The notes under the pieces were generated by a model, which had not been told where the DNA came from, did no database searches, and worked only from the letters and a program-made list of their open reading frames with translations. From assembly GCF_018350175.1 (NCBI RefSeq), contig NC_058368.1, forward strand, positions 222,086,001 through 222,150,000: a stretch of 64,000 bases of DNA, written 5' to 3'. The position numbers and the translations under genes were made by a program. The stretch is from Felis catus. Taxonomy: Eukaryota. Positions 25,672 through 38,905 of the stretch are shown in pieces; positions within the stretch are counted from its first letter, which is position 1, and each line of letters begins with the position of its first letter.

Positions 25672-26511
25672 TATAGCCTGCTCTACTATAATGCCTGTTT
25701 TGAAATGTAAATTTGTTCCAACAGGATGGATATCTTTGGGGACAATTAGAGCACAATGTCGAGATGGGTTTGCTCATATGAGATTTTGACCTAAGGAAAT
25801 ATTAGGTGAATGCAGAAAAATGCACCCTGCTGAATCAGGCACACAGGAACACACAGAATGCATGGTGTGTGTGTATATGGGTACAACTCAGATATCTACC
25901 AGCTGCCTCAGTTAACTATGTGTCATGACCTATGTCCATCTATATTAGGGAATACAATAATCTCATTACAGAAAATCTCCCTTCCACTACGTCATAACTC
26001 ACAAGCTGTAACTGCTCCATGGTCCATTTCTATAAGGAAATTTCAGGGTGAGGTGCCATAATTACTGTAGTATTTATTTAACTATTTACTATGTGTAAGA
26101 CTGTGTTACTATTTTTAGTTTTAGGTTTTTTTAAATGTTTATTTGTTTTTGAGAGACAAAGAGAGACAGAGTGTGTGGGGGGAGGGGCAGAGAGAGAGAG
26201 AGAAACACACACACAGAATCCCAAGCAGGCTCCAGGTTCTGAGCTGTAAGTACAGAGCCCAACATGGGGCTCGAACTCAAGAACCTTGAGATCATGACCT
26301 GAGCAGAAGTCAGATGCTTAACTGACTGAGCCACCTAGGCACCACTAAAAGGTGTTACCATTTTTAGCTAGGTTCCTATCTTTTTCTCTCCCCATCTGTC
26401 ACTGATGAAGTTTGTGTGTTATGCTGTATCTGCATGATTTTTATTGCATATGTGCATGTCCGGCTGATTTTAGGACTGAATACATTGCATTAGAGCAGGA
26501 CAGATAGTGTA
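25672..26511. mobile_element. Tigger-family DNA transposon remnant (Tigger13-like), split by a SINE
   Basis: Degenerate inverted ends tatagcctgctctactataatgc / gcattagagcaggacagatagtgta; internal tttcagggtgaggtgccata..tgtagtattta. Confidence 0.5.
26113..26345 (-). mobile_element. SINEC
   Basis: Reverse SINE; TSD-like tgttactatttttag/tgttaccatttttag. Confidence 0.95.
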
Positions 26512-26858
26512 TGGGTTTTTAGGAAACGTCCTGACCAAAGCAACAGAGTGATCAAAACAATTTCTGAGGAGTTTTAATAATTGAATGTTCCATACATAAT
26601 TTGATTTTATGTAATGTTTGAAATTAATTATAATGAAGTTTGTAAAGATAGTAATTTGAAATTGCACATAGGCCTATCTCGAGTCTACTTATATAAATAT
26701 TCATGCTATATTAGAACTAATTTCCATAAAACATGTTATTTATGGATATTAATTATAAACTAAATATGGTATTGTTAAATGGTAGGATATTTTTAATGCT
26801 GTTATTTCATTTAAAAGTGTTTAATGTTACGTTTGGGTAGTAATTGTGGAATGATTTA

Positions 26859-27080
26859 TTTATTTATTTATTTTTTTCAACGGTTATTTATTTTTGGGAC
26901 AGAGAGAGACAGAGCATGAACGGGGGAGGGGCAGAGAGAGAGGGAGACACAGAATCGGAAACAGGCTCCAGGCTCTGAGCCATCAGCCCAGAGCCTGACG
27001 CGGGGCTCGAACTCACGGACCGCGAGATCGTGACCTGGCTGAAGTCGGATGCTTAACCGACTGCACCACCCAGGCGCCCC
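26859..27080 (-). mobile_element. Young SINEC_Fc-type SINE
   Basis: Near consensus; TSD tggaatgattta at 26847-26858 and 27081-27092. Confidence 0.97.
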
Positions 27081-27216
27081 TGGAATGATTTATAAAATGT
27101 TCCGTATTACCTTTGAAAAGAGAAAATAAATAAACATCATCAAGAATAAAATAATAACATATATGCTTATGTAATTTATACAATATAAGTAATTTTATTT
27201 GAAAATTAAAATAGCT

Positions 27217-27444
27217 GGGGCGCCTGGGTGGCTCAGTCGTTGAGCGTCCGACTTCAGCTCAGGGCACGATCTCGCGGTCCGTGAGTTTGAGCCCCGCGTC
27301 AGGCTCTGGGCTGATGGCTCGGAGCCTGGAGCCTGTTTCCGATTCTGTGTCTCCCTCTCTCTCTGCCCCTCCCCCGTTCATGCTCTGTCTCTCTCTGTCT
27401 CAAAAATAAATAAATGTTAAAAAAGAAAAAAAATAAAAATAAAA
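27217..27444 (+). mobile_element. Young SINEC_Fc-type SINE
   Basis: Near consensus; TSD gaaaattaaaatagc at 27201-27215 and 27445-27459. Confidence 0.97.
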
Positions 27445-28999
27445 GAAAATTAAAATAGCAATTTAAATATATTTACTTATATTTACCTGAATATAGTTAG
27501 GTAAAGGTTCAATTTCATGTCAAAGTTTCATATCAAAACATCTGATAATCTGCATTACGTTTTTCATAACCAAGAGCTTTTAGAAGAGTTAATTAACTTT
27601 TTTCAACCTCACATTTTTCATTAAAAAATACAAGGTATAAAATTTTAGTGTGACATTAATAAGAACATTTATATGAAATAGACCTAACTGCCATGCTTAC
27701 CATAAAACATGCATAAACTATGTTCTTTTCTCCCTCTCCCTCTTTCTTATTTTGAAACCACATATTAATTGTGAATATTTTTAAACAAGAATCAAGCTAC
27801 AGCTCTTGATGAATTATCATAAAGAGGGCCAGGAAAGAGACTGGTGGTAGATAAAAAACATTTGGATAGAAAATAAAAATAGCAGTTAAATGTCTAAAAT
27901 TCATACTAATATCTGCACCTATAACATAATTTACACCTAGAACTTAATATGTACAGAATGGTTGAATTTATTTTTACAGTCTTATTCAGGTTTCTGACAT
28001 CTTATTAAAATTTTGATTTGCCTTCCTAAGCATCTGGTCCTTAAGTAAGGATATGGCACCAGCTTCCTCTTTTTGGAGATTCCTGAGTGCTTCATCTGTC
28101 AAAATGATTGGAAGGCACTAATAGCATTTCATAGATGGGGGCCAACAATGCCAGATGTCCTGCAATCCTACACTGCCTCCCCCAATCAAATGTCCCAGTG
28201 TATATCCACATGGTGATAATCTGTAACTATTTAGTCAAGCAACAAAATCTTTATATGTAGATACTTTCGGAGGGTTTAATATAAATTAAAATTTTCAAGA
28301 ATATAACCACTATATAAACTAAAGAAAAAATATACCCTGCTCATTCCAGAAACTTCCAAGAGTTTTCAACATTTGCTAAATTGTGTAGCAATGAGAATCC
28401 TATTTATGTTATTTGAGTCATCAGTAGAGTACTGTAGCAAGCTGTATTAGCACATCTGTACCTTGTCACATCCAGGATAATTGTAATATTTAAATATATA
28501 ATGATTTAGTCCACATTAATAGAAAAGGTGTCCACAAAATTCATTTGAGTATTTCAACTTGGGCATTATAGTATAACCAGAAATGTACAGTTCCCAATGT
28601 ACCTACCATTTTTTGTATTAAAATAATAAAAATAATAATGTAGAGACTATTTAATAAAGTATGTGTTTAATAAAGTATTTAATAAAGTATGTATGTGCAA
28701 TATACATATATACATATGTATATAATGCAATAATATATCATGCTATTAATATAATAATATATATTTAATTTTTGAAATCTATAAGCATAGTTTGGAAACA
28801 AAGTAGTGCCATATTACTGCTAGAATGTCTGCAGCACGTTTTAATATTTTAATCACAATGGAAAGAAAGGCACTAGACATTTTAATCCCTCTTTGTAATT
28901 AAAGTTGCAAAGAGCAAATGTTCTTATTTGGGTTAGGAAAAGTAAGTGATACACTTTTAATTTGAATGAGATATCCTGAAAGTCTCCTGAAATTAATTA

Positions 29000-29077
29000 G
29001 GGTTTTCTCAGAGGTCTTCTAGAATGCATGTATCTTAACAAGGTCCCCAGCCCTGCAGGCACTTAGAGAATTCTGAA

Positions 29078-29115
<38 letters not shown>

Positions 29116-29455
29116 CTCCCTCCTTGTCCAAACTTTAGTTAGGAACCTGTGGGTTCTCTTTCCAACTCTAGTTTTAGCAAAGAATAATGGTTAGCCAACT
29201 GATCTAGAATCCCCTCACCCCTGATATTTAATCACTTTGGCCTGTCTTTAGCAAAAATGCATTTTGACAAGAATTCCCCTACCTCTGACATCTCATCAAC
29301 TACTCTTTGGCCAAACATTCCCAGCTGTCTTTGGTGTATTTGGGATTGAGTTCAGTGTGTCCCCTTTGTTGTAATAGCCTCTCCAGTATTGCAATAGTCC
29401 TGAATAAAGTCTTCCTTTCTGTTTCTAACAAGTGTCAGTTGTAAACTTTTCTTTT
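29000..29455 (+). mobile_element. ERV1 solo LTR (MER31-like) with an internal ~33-nt poly-A
   Basis: gactccctccttgtccaaactttagttagg..tagttttagcaaagaat..ttgcaatagtcctgaataaagtcttcctt. Confidence 0.65.
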
Positions 29456-29867
29456 TAAGAAAATTCAGTCATCTTTCCATGGGGAGAAGAGTCAAGTCAA
29501 CAAAATGTAAAGTATTTCAAACCATAAAAACCCTGGAAAGGATTATCACACAGGGTATAAAATGCAGAAGGTAGATTTGGCATGTGAATAAAAACGTGCA
29601 ATTTAAAACCATATGAAGAACAGTTATGTTCCCAGATCTCTTACCATTACCGAACAGCTGTTAATGACTCTTCTTTTAGCATCGCAGAGGGTGGGAGATT
29701 TATTTTGTAGAGAGGCCTGTAAGATATTACTCATATGTTTGCTTGTATGCTTTTCTTCAGCAGGGTTCACGGATTAGAAATAGGTAGAAATCACACAGTA
29801 GACTTCACTCAGTGAAAAGGTTGGCAACTTGCTGGTGAAAAAAAAATAAAGGTGTGAAAGAGGGTAG

Positions 29868-30280
29868 GTCAGAGATCAGCAAACCTTTTAAGTGAAGGGC
29901 CAGGTTGTAAATAGTTTCAGTTTGTGAGCCATACAGTCTCTAACAAGTACTCAATTCGAACCTTGAGTGCAAAAGCAGCCATAGGTGATATGTAGATGTG
30001 GGCTGGTTTCTAGTAAAACTTTTAGAGTTTATTTATTTTGAGACAGAAAGAGAGTGTGTGCACAGGAGGGGCAAAGAGAGAGGGAGAGAGGGAATCCCAA
30101 GCAGGCCCCATACTGTCAGTGCAAGCCAAACCAGGGCCAGGAACGGTGAGATCATGACCTGAGCTGAAATCAAGAGTCGGACGCTTAACCGACTGAGCCA
30201 CCCAGGCAGCCCAGAACTTTATTTTAAAAATAGCTGGTGGGTTAGAGTTGGCCAAAGAGAGGTAGTCAGCCAATTCTTGT
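29868..30280. mobile_element. MER58-like hAT-Charlie MITE, split by a SINE
   Basis: cagagatcagcaaaccttttaagtgaagggccaggttgtaaata..gcaaaagcagccatagg; resumes after the SINE with ttttaaaaatagctggtgggttagagttggcc. Confidence 0.7.
30021..30212 (-). mobile_element. SINEC
   Basis: Reverse SINE inside MER58. Confidence 0.93.
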
Positions 30281-30334
30281 TTTAGTTTACTGACAATAGA
30301 GTGTTTAAATTATTCAGCCATAGAGTCCCCCATA

Positions 30335-30508
30335 TTGATTCCCAAATATGACTGCATATAAGAATCCTAAGAGGAGCAGCTGTAAAGTCGTAATGTCCAG
30401 TACCAAGTTTCAGAAATACTGGTATAATCTTAGTTGAGGCCAGGTCACCAGAACTTTAAAAATCTCCTCCCCGGTGATTCTAATGTGAAGCAAGTGTTGA
30501 GAACAGCC
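30335..30508. mobile_element. MER5-like hAT MITE
   Basis: cccaaatatgactgcatataagaatc..ggtgattctaatgtgaagcaagtgttgagaac. Confidence 0.6.
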
Positions 30509-30731
30509 ATAGGCATTTGATGCTCATAAGGATTAAGTATCCACAGGGGGGCTCTCATGGAATGGGAGAAGGCAAAGGTGCCAATGGTTTGGAAGTCTTA
30601 ATGATATAGGAGAGTAGCTGCAGGGGAACTGTTAATACATGATAAGGGGATAAGAGATTGGTAAGAGATGTGTGTGCTTAAATTAGTGACTTCAAAGGAA
30701 CAGCAGGTTTTGTAATTATTATTTCAGGGAC

Positions 30732-31215
30732 TCGGTAGGCAGCCTCTAAAATTTCCCCATTGATCCATACATTTTAATATTTATACCCTTGAGGAAACCC
30801 CTGCCCTTGAGTCCTGGTTGAATTTATTAGCTCACTTCTTTCATATACACTATGACAGAAGCAAGGGGATGTCCCTTCCAGGATTAAGTTGCACAAAGAC
30901 TGGCTTCCATCTTCGGAGCTCTCTCTCTGTTTCACTCACTCTCTCATTCTAGGAGAAGCTGACTGCCATGTTGAGAAATGCTATGTGGAAAAGCCCACAT
31001 GTCAGAGAACTAATGTCACCAGTTAGCAGCCAGCAAGGAGTTATATCCTACCGAAAACCACATGAGTGAGCTTGGAAATTGATCCTTCTAGTATGTGCCA
31101 TTGGATAATGGCAGACCTCACCAACCTCCCGACTTTCAGCCTTATGGGAGACCCTTAATTAGAGGATCTAACTATTGCTAAACTTCTTCACCTAGAGAAA
31201 CTATGGCATAATGAA
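30732..31215 (+). mobile_element. MaLR LTR (MLT1E/F-like)
   Basis: ggtaggcagcctctaaaat..gccatgttgagaaatgc..accacatgagtgagcttggaaattgatcctt. Confidence 0.65.
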
Positions 31216-31247
31216 TGTGTGTGTGTGTGTGTATGTGTGTGTGTGTG

Positions 31248-31440
31248 TTTAATGTTTATTTATTTATTTGGAGAGTGAGGTGGCAAGGAGAGAGAGGGAG
31301 GGAAAGAGAGAAGCCCAAGCCGGTTCCACGCTGTCAGTATGGGAGCCTAATGCAGGGCTAGATCTCATGACTGTGAGATCATGACCTGAGTTGAAATTGA
31401 GTCGCTCAGTCACTCAACCGACTGAGCCATCCAAACACCC
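31248..31440 (-). mobile_element. SINEC (preceded by a (TG)n tract at 31215-31247)
   Basis: Reverse SINE, diverged. Confidence 0.9.
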
Positions 31441-32579
31441 AGTAAGTTTTGCTGTAATAAGCTAAGGAGAAACAGGTATCTAATAAAATGGGTGATCTGG
31501 AGAAAGGAAGACTTAAGCAGAGAGAAGATAAAAGTCAGTAGGTTACAAATATCATTCAGTGAAACTGAAATGCTTGTAGTTGGGGGGAAAGAGCTGTAAG
31601 TCTTATTGCTAACAATTTGGTTCACATGGCTCATAATCCAGGGGTCATATGCTTATATGTGCCTCAGAGAATAGATGAGTTTATTCCTGGGTATAGGATT
31701 AAAAGTTTCCAAAAAGCACGGGGACCAAATAAGATAAGGACCTCACCCTTGAACTCTGATATCCAAGGCATGGGGCGGGTGAAGAGCTCATGATCAGGGC
31801 ACAAACAAGTTCATGGTAGAACAATTTGTGAAATATGGAGAGAATGTAGGACAGCTTTCATGACCGACTGAGTGATTAATTGGTTGATTTGGAGGGGTGT
31901 CAGTGGTATTTTGTCTTATTTCTATGAGTGCATAGAAAATGTTTTCTGTCTTTCCTCCTGGATTTCCTGCAATATAGTTAAGGTGAATTGATTTCAGAAA
32001 GTATACTGAGAAAGCTTTAATGGTATTATTAAGTTGGTAGAGAAAATAACTGATGTTATAAACTCAGGTTTTCAGCCAACTCTTTTAGCACTTTCAGAAT
32101 GATTCCAGAAAAACCTTGAATAAATTGGATATTTGTATTAATTTTATGCCCTTTTATTGTGACTTTATAATAAATGAGAATTTTTTGGTAAATATTGGAA
32201 GTTAATATTCTATAGTTGGGAAAACCAATTTGAAACACCCAGACAGCAAGCCCATATAAAACTACATAACACCACAGACTACAGCAAAAGAATAACTTAA
32301 TGAACTTAGAAGACAAACTATGCACTTTGCGCCAAGCTTATTAAGGAAGATACAATTTCAATACCAATGAAATAAACTCCCACAAATTGATTTTTCTTTG
32401 TGTGCACTCATCAGTGTAAATACAATTAAATTATAAAGCCTGTACTTGTTCAGGAACGACATTTTCTGTTCATATTCATGCTATGTGGGTGCTTTGGCTT
32501 CTGATACTTTGTTATATAAAAACCTTGAACAGTGACAACAAAAATCCAACAAGTACAAGTTTGTAAAGCCTGTAAGTAT

Positions 32580-33000
32580 CCTCACAACACGGATGGGCCT
32601 AAATGGTATTATGCTAAGTGAAATAAGTCAGACAGGGAGAGAAAAAAAAAGCATATTATTTTATTATATACGGAATCTAAAACAAACAGAAAATGGTCTT
32701 ATAAATACAGAGAAGAAACTGGTGGTTGCCAGAGGGAAGGGGGTGTGTGGGGATGAGTGAAATAAGTGAAGGAGATTTAGAAGTACAAACCTCCAGTTAT
32801 AAGATAAAAAAGTCACAGGGATGAAAAGTACAACATAAAGAATATAGCCAATAATATTGTAAGGACTTTGCGTGGTGATGGATGATGATTACATTTACCT
32901 TGATAAGCACTGAATCATGTACGCAATTATGGAATTGCTGTGTTATATACCTCAAACTAATGTAACATTGTATGTCAGCTATACTTCAATAATAAAAAGT
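32580..33000 (+). mobile_element. L1 3' end (L1MA9/carnivore-type)
   Basis: ggtattatgctaagtgaaataagtcagacag..actggtggttgccagaggg..aaactaatgtaacattgtatgtcagctatacttcaataataaaaa. Confidence 0.85.
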
Positions 33001-34532
33001 AATACAATGAAATGTTACAAATTTAAAAACACCTATGCATTTCCTTTAACAACTAACATTACAGTTTTCATCAAATGAGAATGTCACGAATATCTTTTTG
33101 AAATAAATTATCATTATTATGAGACTTAAAGTTTTAAATTAGCACATTCTGTAATTTAAATAATAGGATCATTTTTCCTCATTACAATAGTACGAAAGAC
33201 AAGAAAATCCAAAGTTGTGTGTTTTTTTTTTTAATTTCAAAGAATAAATTCACCTAAAAGTACCACTTTTTAAGGGCTGAAGAGCTTCCAAGTACGATAC
33301 AAGTATAAATTACCTAATTCAATAATTTAAACTTTACAAAAATCTCCTAAATTACTGTTAGGATCTCTGACTTTCTGATAAGAACACTGATTCGGTGATT
33401 ATCATCTTGCCCCATATAATGCAGTCAGAGTTACGATTTGGAATTTCACTTTTGCTGACACCAAATTTGATTAATTTACCAAATAATCAGCTGAGTTAAG
33501 CTCCATGTAACCGAATACTCAATAACGGATGTTTTCAACAATCTCCATTTGGCTGAGAAGGGAGAAAAAGGGTCCCCTAGACCTGCCCCAGGTAAACATA
33601 GACATTCTAGAATGTGGTGAATGTGAGAACATTTAACTTTGAATCTAAAACAAATATTCAGTTTGGGTTTTTTGTTTGTTTATTTTTCGGTTTTGTTGTT
33701 GTTGCTTTGTTTCGTTTTGTTTCAAGTTTCTATAACATAGGAATCAACATAAGGAAAACAATATTCCACTCCCCCCTTCCCTGGTTACAGAAGGACGGAA
33801 GATATGTTCAGCTGCACAAGTCAAGAAGAATGAGCAACATGACTACGTTGCAGGATATGGTCTCCAGATAAAGCAGCCACATGAGCCGGGGTTGGAACTG
33901 ACGGAATGGAAAGTTACAGCCAATGAACAATTTTCCAGGGACCATGATGGAATTGAGCATTAATGTATTTTGAAAATCTCTGTGATGATTCTAATGTGCA
34001 AGAAAGGCTAAGAACTCCTTTGAACAATATAGACCGACCTTTTTATTTCCTCTCATCCCTCAGGGGTGTATATGCAAACACTCCAGGTCAGATACGAAGT
34101 TTTCATGACTATCAGACATCCAGACTCTTTACTCTTTTCCTTGGCCATCTTCCAAATGGTGCTTTTTCTCATGCTCTCATATGACTGCTCTGGATCCAGC
34201 CATCACAGCACCTCTTCCAAGAAGGAAGAATAGTAAATAAATATACTGCAGAGGAATAGAACAGACCTCTTCTTTTAAAACTTCTCAGAATTTACACATT
34301 TCTACTTCATGGGCCAAAAATTAGAAAAAAGTGTCATGTCTAGTGTCAGTAAAGGATTGGGAATATAGTATTTACTCCCGGTGATCATGTATCCCACTAA
34401 AAATTACAAGTCTCTTTTTTACTGGTGAAGAAAGAATAATGGATATTAGAGGTAATCAGCACTCTCTGCAAAAATTAGTACACATTCCATCATAAGTGTT
34501 ATAGGAAATGAGGCACCACACAGTTTAAAACA

Positions 34533-34740
34533 ATTTTTTTACATTTATTTATTTTTGAGAGACAGAGACAGAGCACAAGTGGGGGAGGGGCAGAGACAGA
34601 AGGAGACAGAGAATCCAAAGCAGGATCAGGCTCTGAGCTGCCAGCACAGAACCCCACATGGGCCTCGAACTCACAAACCATGAGATCATGACCTGAGCTG
34701 AAGTCAGATGCCTAACCTACTGAACCACCCAGGTGCCCCC
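34533..34740 (-). mobile_element. SINEC
   Basis: Reverse SINE; TSD-like acagttt. Confidence 0.95.
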
Positions 34741-36573
34741 AGACAGTTTTAATAGATTAAAATTACTGTCTTTTTCCCCCTTTGGGGAAATGCTGGCAAT
34801 TTTGTTATGGAATTAAAACGATGACATCATAGCCCACAAAAACATAATTGTGGAAAAGAGCTTTTGTTTATTTATATTCAAACACACAAAATAGATTTTT
34901 TTTTCTTTCTGATTAGTCCAGCCAAATGGAGGGAGCATTTATTTGTAAGTTATTATTGTCATCAAGTTTACATCTTTCCTTCATAAGAACAGAGTTTTGT
35001 TTAACACAAAAATCCTTGTAATAATTAAGTATAACTAAAAACTTATGCTATATCCTTACAAATTCTCAACTATATTTATATCAGTAATTGATAACCCTGG
35101 TCAACTTCAAAAATACTTTTCTGGTCTCACTACCAGCCTCATTTACACAGTATTAGGAAAATCCCAGAGTCAGGCATTTCCAGCATACATCCAGAGCTGT
35201 GATCACTAATTGCTGGATGTGCTAATAGAAAAATATTTTTGTAAACCATGCCATATTAAAGTGAACGTTTAATGTACAACTTAACATACATTTTAATATG
35301 ACACGGATTGCAGGTTGTGAAAGTTCAAATTGCAGGTTGCATTGAACCTTTTATTTTCCTAACTTTGCCTCATTATAGACAAGGATGCAGCCCCAAGATC
35401 CAAGAATTCCATAAAGATCAACATTGACGTTTGCTGTCTGGCGTCTCGTTAGCTTTGCCCCAACAACACACATATCAAGAGGTACAGAAATTGAACAAAG
35501 CCTATCATTACTGTATTGTTACAATCAGCTTCTAGCTTGTTTACAGTAAGGCACCACATTTGGAGGGGATAGGGAAGAACCATGTGGGTAAATTTTCACC
35601 ATACAGAATGCTTCTCCCCTTTAGGGATTCTATGGTGATCTCCCCAAATCCCTGATGGGAGTTGGGGAAGGGATGCTAAGTCTTATGTAGTTTAGAGGGA
35701 AAGAAAGAACTTTAAACTCACCCCCCTCATCTGAGTCAAAGAGAGACTACGTAAGTATTAGCAATTTTGAGGGAGAGCATGCTAGGCAGCTAGTAGCAGC
35801 CTAAATAAACTTGTCTTTTAGGAGCATCCCTGTTTCAGCACATCACATATTTCTTGCATTGTTTGCTTGTACATGTGTTACACACCTAGGGTTATGTTCT
35901 TAGGTTATATTAGTAAGAGTTGTATATCTAAAGGAAAGTGCGATATTCTCATTAAATGTGAGAGGACTACTTTTGACATTAATATAAACAAGCAAATTTC
36001 TTCCTTCTAATACTTTCAATCAGGTTATTGGAACTCAATGATATCCTTGGAATATGATTTTCCAGAAATTACTTATGACCACCAGATAGCAAAAATCTGA
36101 AATTAAGACAAATTTCTGTTTAAAAGCTTGGCTTGTTTATGTAATTAGATTAATTATTTTATTATGAAATCAAGGTGTCACGCAGTAAAGAGTCAAGAAA
36201 TATGCTATGGTAAGAAATTAAATTATGACCACAAAGGCCCTAGTATATTGATCCCACAAGCGTTTTCCATTTCTACAGCTATGTTCATCAAAAACAACAG
36301 CAAAAGCCAGGACACAAATGCTTGATGCTTGTTTTAAAGCCAAAAATAATACAGAAAAATTAACTTCCACTTGAGAGGTATTTAAAAATTGTTTAATCTA
36401 TGACCCAATTTGAATCTCATTGTCTTGAGAAGTACAATATGTCTCCACGAGGAATCATCCCTATCACCTAAAAATTAGCTGCAAATGATAGACTGTATCT
36501 GCTTACCCTGCTGGAAAAACTCAGAAGTTATCCCAAAGATTTAATTAGATATGGACATTTTGAAAACTACATA

Positions 36574-36819
36574 TTTTTATTTATTTATTTTATTTATTTA
36601 TGTATTTTTTAAAGTTTATTCTATTTATTTATTTTGAAAGAGACAGAAACAATGTAAGTGGGGAAGGGCCTGAGAGAGAGTGAGAGAGAGAGAATCCCAA
36701 GCAGGCTCTGCACTGCCAGCCCTGAGCCTGACGTGGGGCTTGAACTCATGAAACCATGAGATCATGACCTAAGCCAAAAGAGTCAGATGCTTAACTGGCT
36801 GAGCTACCCAGGCGCCCCC
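36574..36819 (-). mobile_element. SINEC
   Basis: Reverse SINE with (TTTA)n tail; TSD catatttt. Confidence 0.95.
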
Positions 36820-37997
36820 ATATTTTGATTTTTAAATATATAAGCAATATAATTCTGTATTTTGACAAGTGATTTGATAAACTAGGTTAAGTGATAGTTA
36901 TTAAACAGTGATGTTGGTAAACTAGTGCTACAAATAACAAACAAAGTCTGGATCTAGTGTTTCCTGATCCAAGGTGTAAATCCTCTGACCATGGTTGCTT
37001 TCAAGCTATTAACACACCATTCTCCTGAATGTGAAGTTAGGGATGTTGTCAGCAGAATGATTAAGTGTGCCCAATCTTTAAATAAGAGGATTCAGCAATG
37101 CAAAGCTTCTGAGACATGAATAAACCTGGGATTTTTGTTCAGCAAAAGAGTCACTGGGCTGAATGAACAAGATGAATCAGCTAACAAAGCAATTTTAGCC
37201 AATGATAAGAAGGAGTTTGCAAACATCCTTTTGAAATTCAGCTTTAAATTCTTTTGGCTAGTACTCTTGCTTTTATTTTCCCTTGAACTTGTTTTTATAG
37301 GCTCTGGAGGTAGGTAATTAAATCACTAATCGATGCATTTTACTATTCTAATATGAAATTTTGGTACTTAAAATTCCCATGTTATTATAAATTCAGCTTT
37401 GGCTAATGCATTTAATATATTACATTTTAATGCTTATTTAATCCAAAACAATGTCAGTGTCCTATTGGATTTCTTCTTTAACGTGTGCATTATTTAGAAA
37501 TGCATTGTTTAATTTCCAAATATGTAGATATTTTCTCAGTGTCTTCTTATTTTTTCTATTTTAAGAAAAATAAGATAGAGAATACTCTTAGCATGATTTT
37601 AGGTTGTTTAAGGTTTGTTTTATGGCTCAGAATGTGATTTATCTTGCAAAATTTTCTGTGTTTATTTTAAAATAATATGTACTATGCTATTGTTAGGTGG
37701 ATTAATATATTCATTTTAATGAGTAAATTTTTGAGAGTTTGTCCAAACCTGTTTACTTACTGGTATTTGTCCTATACTTTTATCAATTATTGGTGAAATG
37801 TGTTGAATTTTTCTACTACAATTTTAATTTTCTCTATTTCTTTTTTCATGCTCAGCAGGTCTTTCTTATTTTGTTTGGAATATTGTTATTAGTTGCATAC
37901 ATATTTAGAATCATAGTGACTTGACCACTTATCAATCATAAAATAAATCCTTTTCCATCTTTTTACCTTGCTTTATATTTTGAAATTATGCTTCATA

Positions 37998-38118
37998 GGG
38001 GTGACTTAGAGGCTCAGTCAGTTAAGTGTCTTGATTCTTGATTTCAGCTAGGTCATGATCTCCAGTATTGACCCCACATCGGGCTTCATTGAGCATAGAG
38101 ACTGCTTAAGATCCTTTG

Positions 38119-38175
<57 letters not shown>

Positions 38176-38253
38176 CCCCTCTCCCCTGCTCATGCCTCTC
38201 TCTCTAAAATAAAATAATAAAATAAAATGAAATGTAAAATAAAATAAAATGAA
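37998..38253 (+). mobile_element. SINEC with expanded (CT)n
   Basis: ggggtgacttagaggctcagtcagttaag.., long (CT)n tract, (TAAAA)n tail. Confidence 0.9.
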
Positions 38254-38389
38254 ATGTTTTTTTATATACAACCTATAGTTGGTTGTCACTTTGTTTTAAT
38301 ACGATTTGGCAATTTCTGTCTTTAAATTGCTGCACTTGTATTGTTAGTTTTTCACGTACTTATCCATATGGTTGTGAAGTCTTCCTCTT

Positions 38390-38905
38390 GGCACCTCTGG
38401 CCAACTTATTAGACTTTTAAGTTTTAGCAAGTACCTTTACCCCATGTGATTGATTAGCTAAACCTTTCATTGTATATCTACAGATCATATATTTTTTTCC
38501 TAGAAATAGTTGAAACCAAATCTTCTTATACAACCTCCTCTGGGGCGACCTCTCATGTGCACAGCCTCCAAGCACCACAGGTAATGTCTGTAGCTGGCAC
38601 CACTGATTTTACATGCAATCAAGAAGTGTTATAAATCACTGTGCTCCCCTTTTACTGACTAACAGCCCTAATGTTCCTTTAAAAAAATTGGGGCCAGGCA
38701 AAAAATTGAAAACAATAAAACCTTTGGGGCCAGAGAGAAACCTGAGAGTTGGTTTTTGAACAAGAGTCTGCTTTCTTCCCAGGTGGCTGGCCTCCTGAAT
38801 AAACTCCTCTTTCTTTCCAATCACAACTTGTGTCTTGATTACTAGCTTTCAGAGTAACCAGCAGCCAGTCTAGCTTGGGTTTTTTTTTTTTTTTTTTTGG
38901 CAACG
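38390..38905 (+). mobile_element. ERV solo LTR (carnivore ERV1-type); 5' boundary uncertain
   Basis: U3/R/U5-like end: ctgaataaactcctctttctttccaatcacaacttgtgtcttgattactagc..ttttggcaac. Confidence 0.55.
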
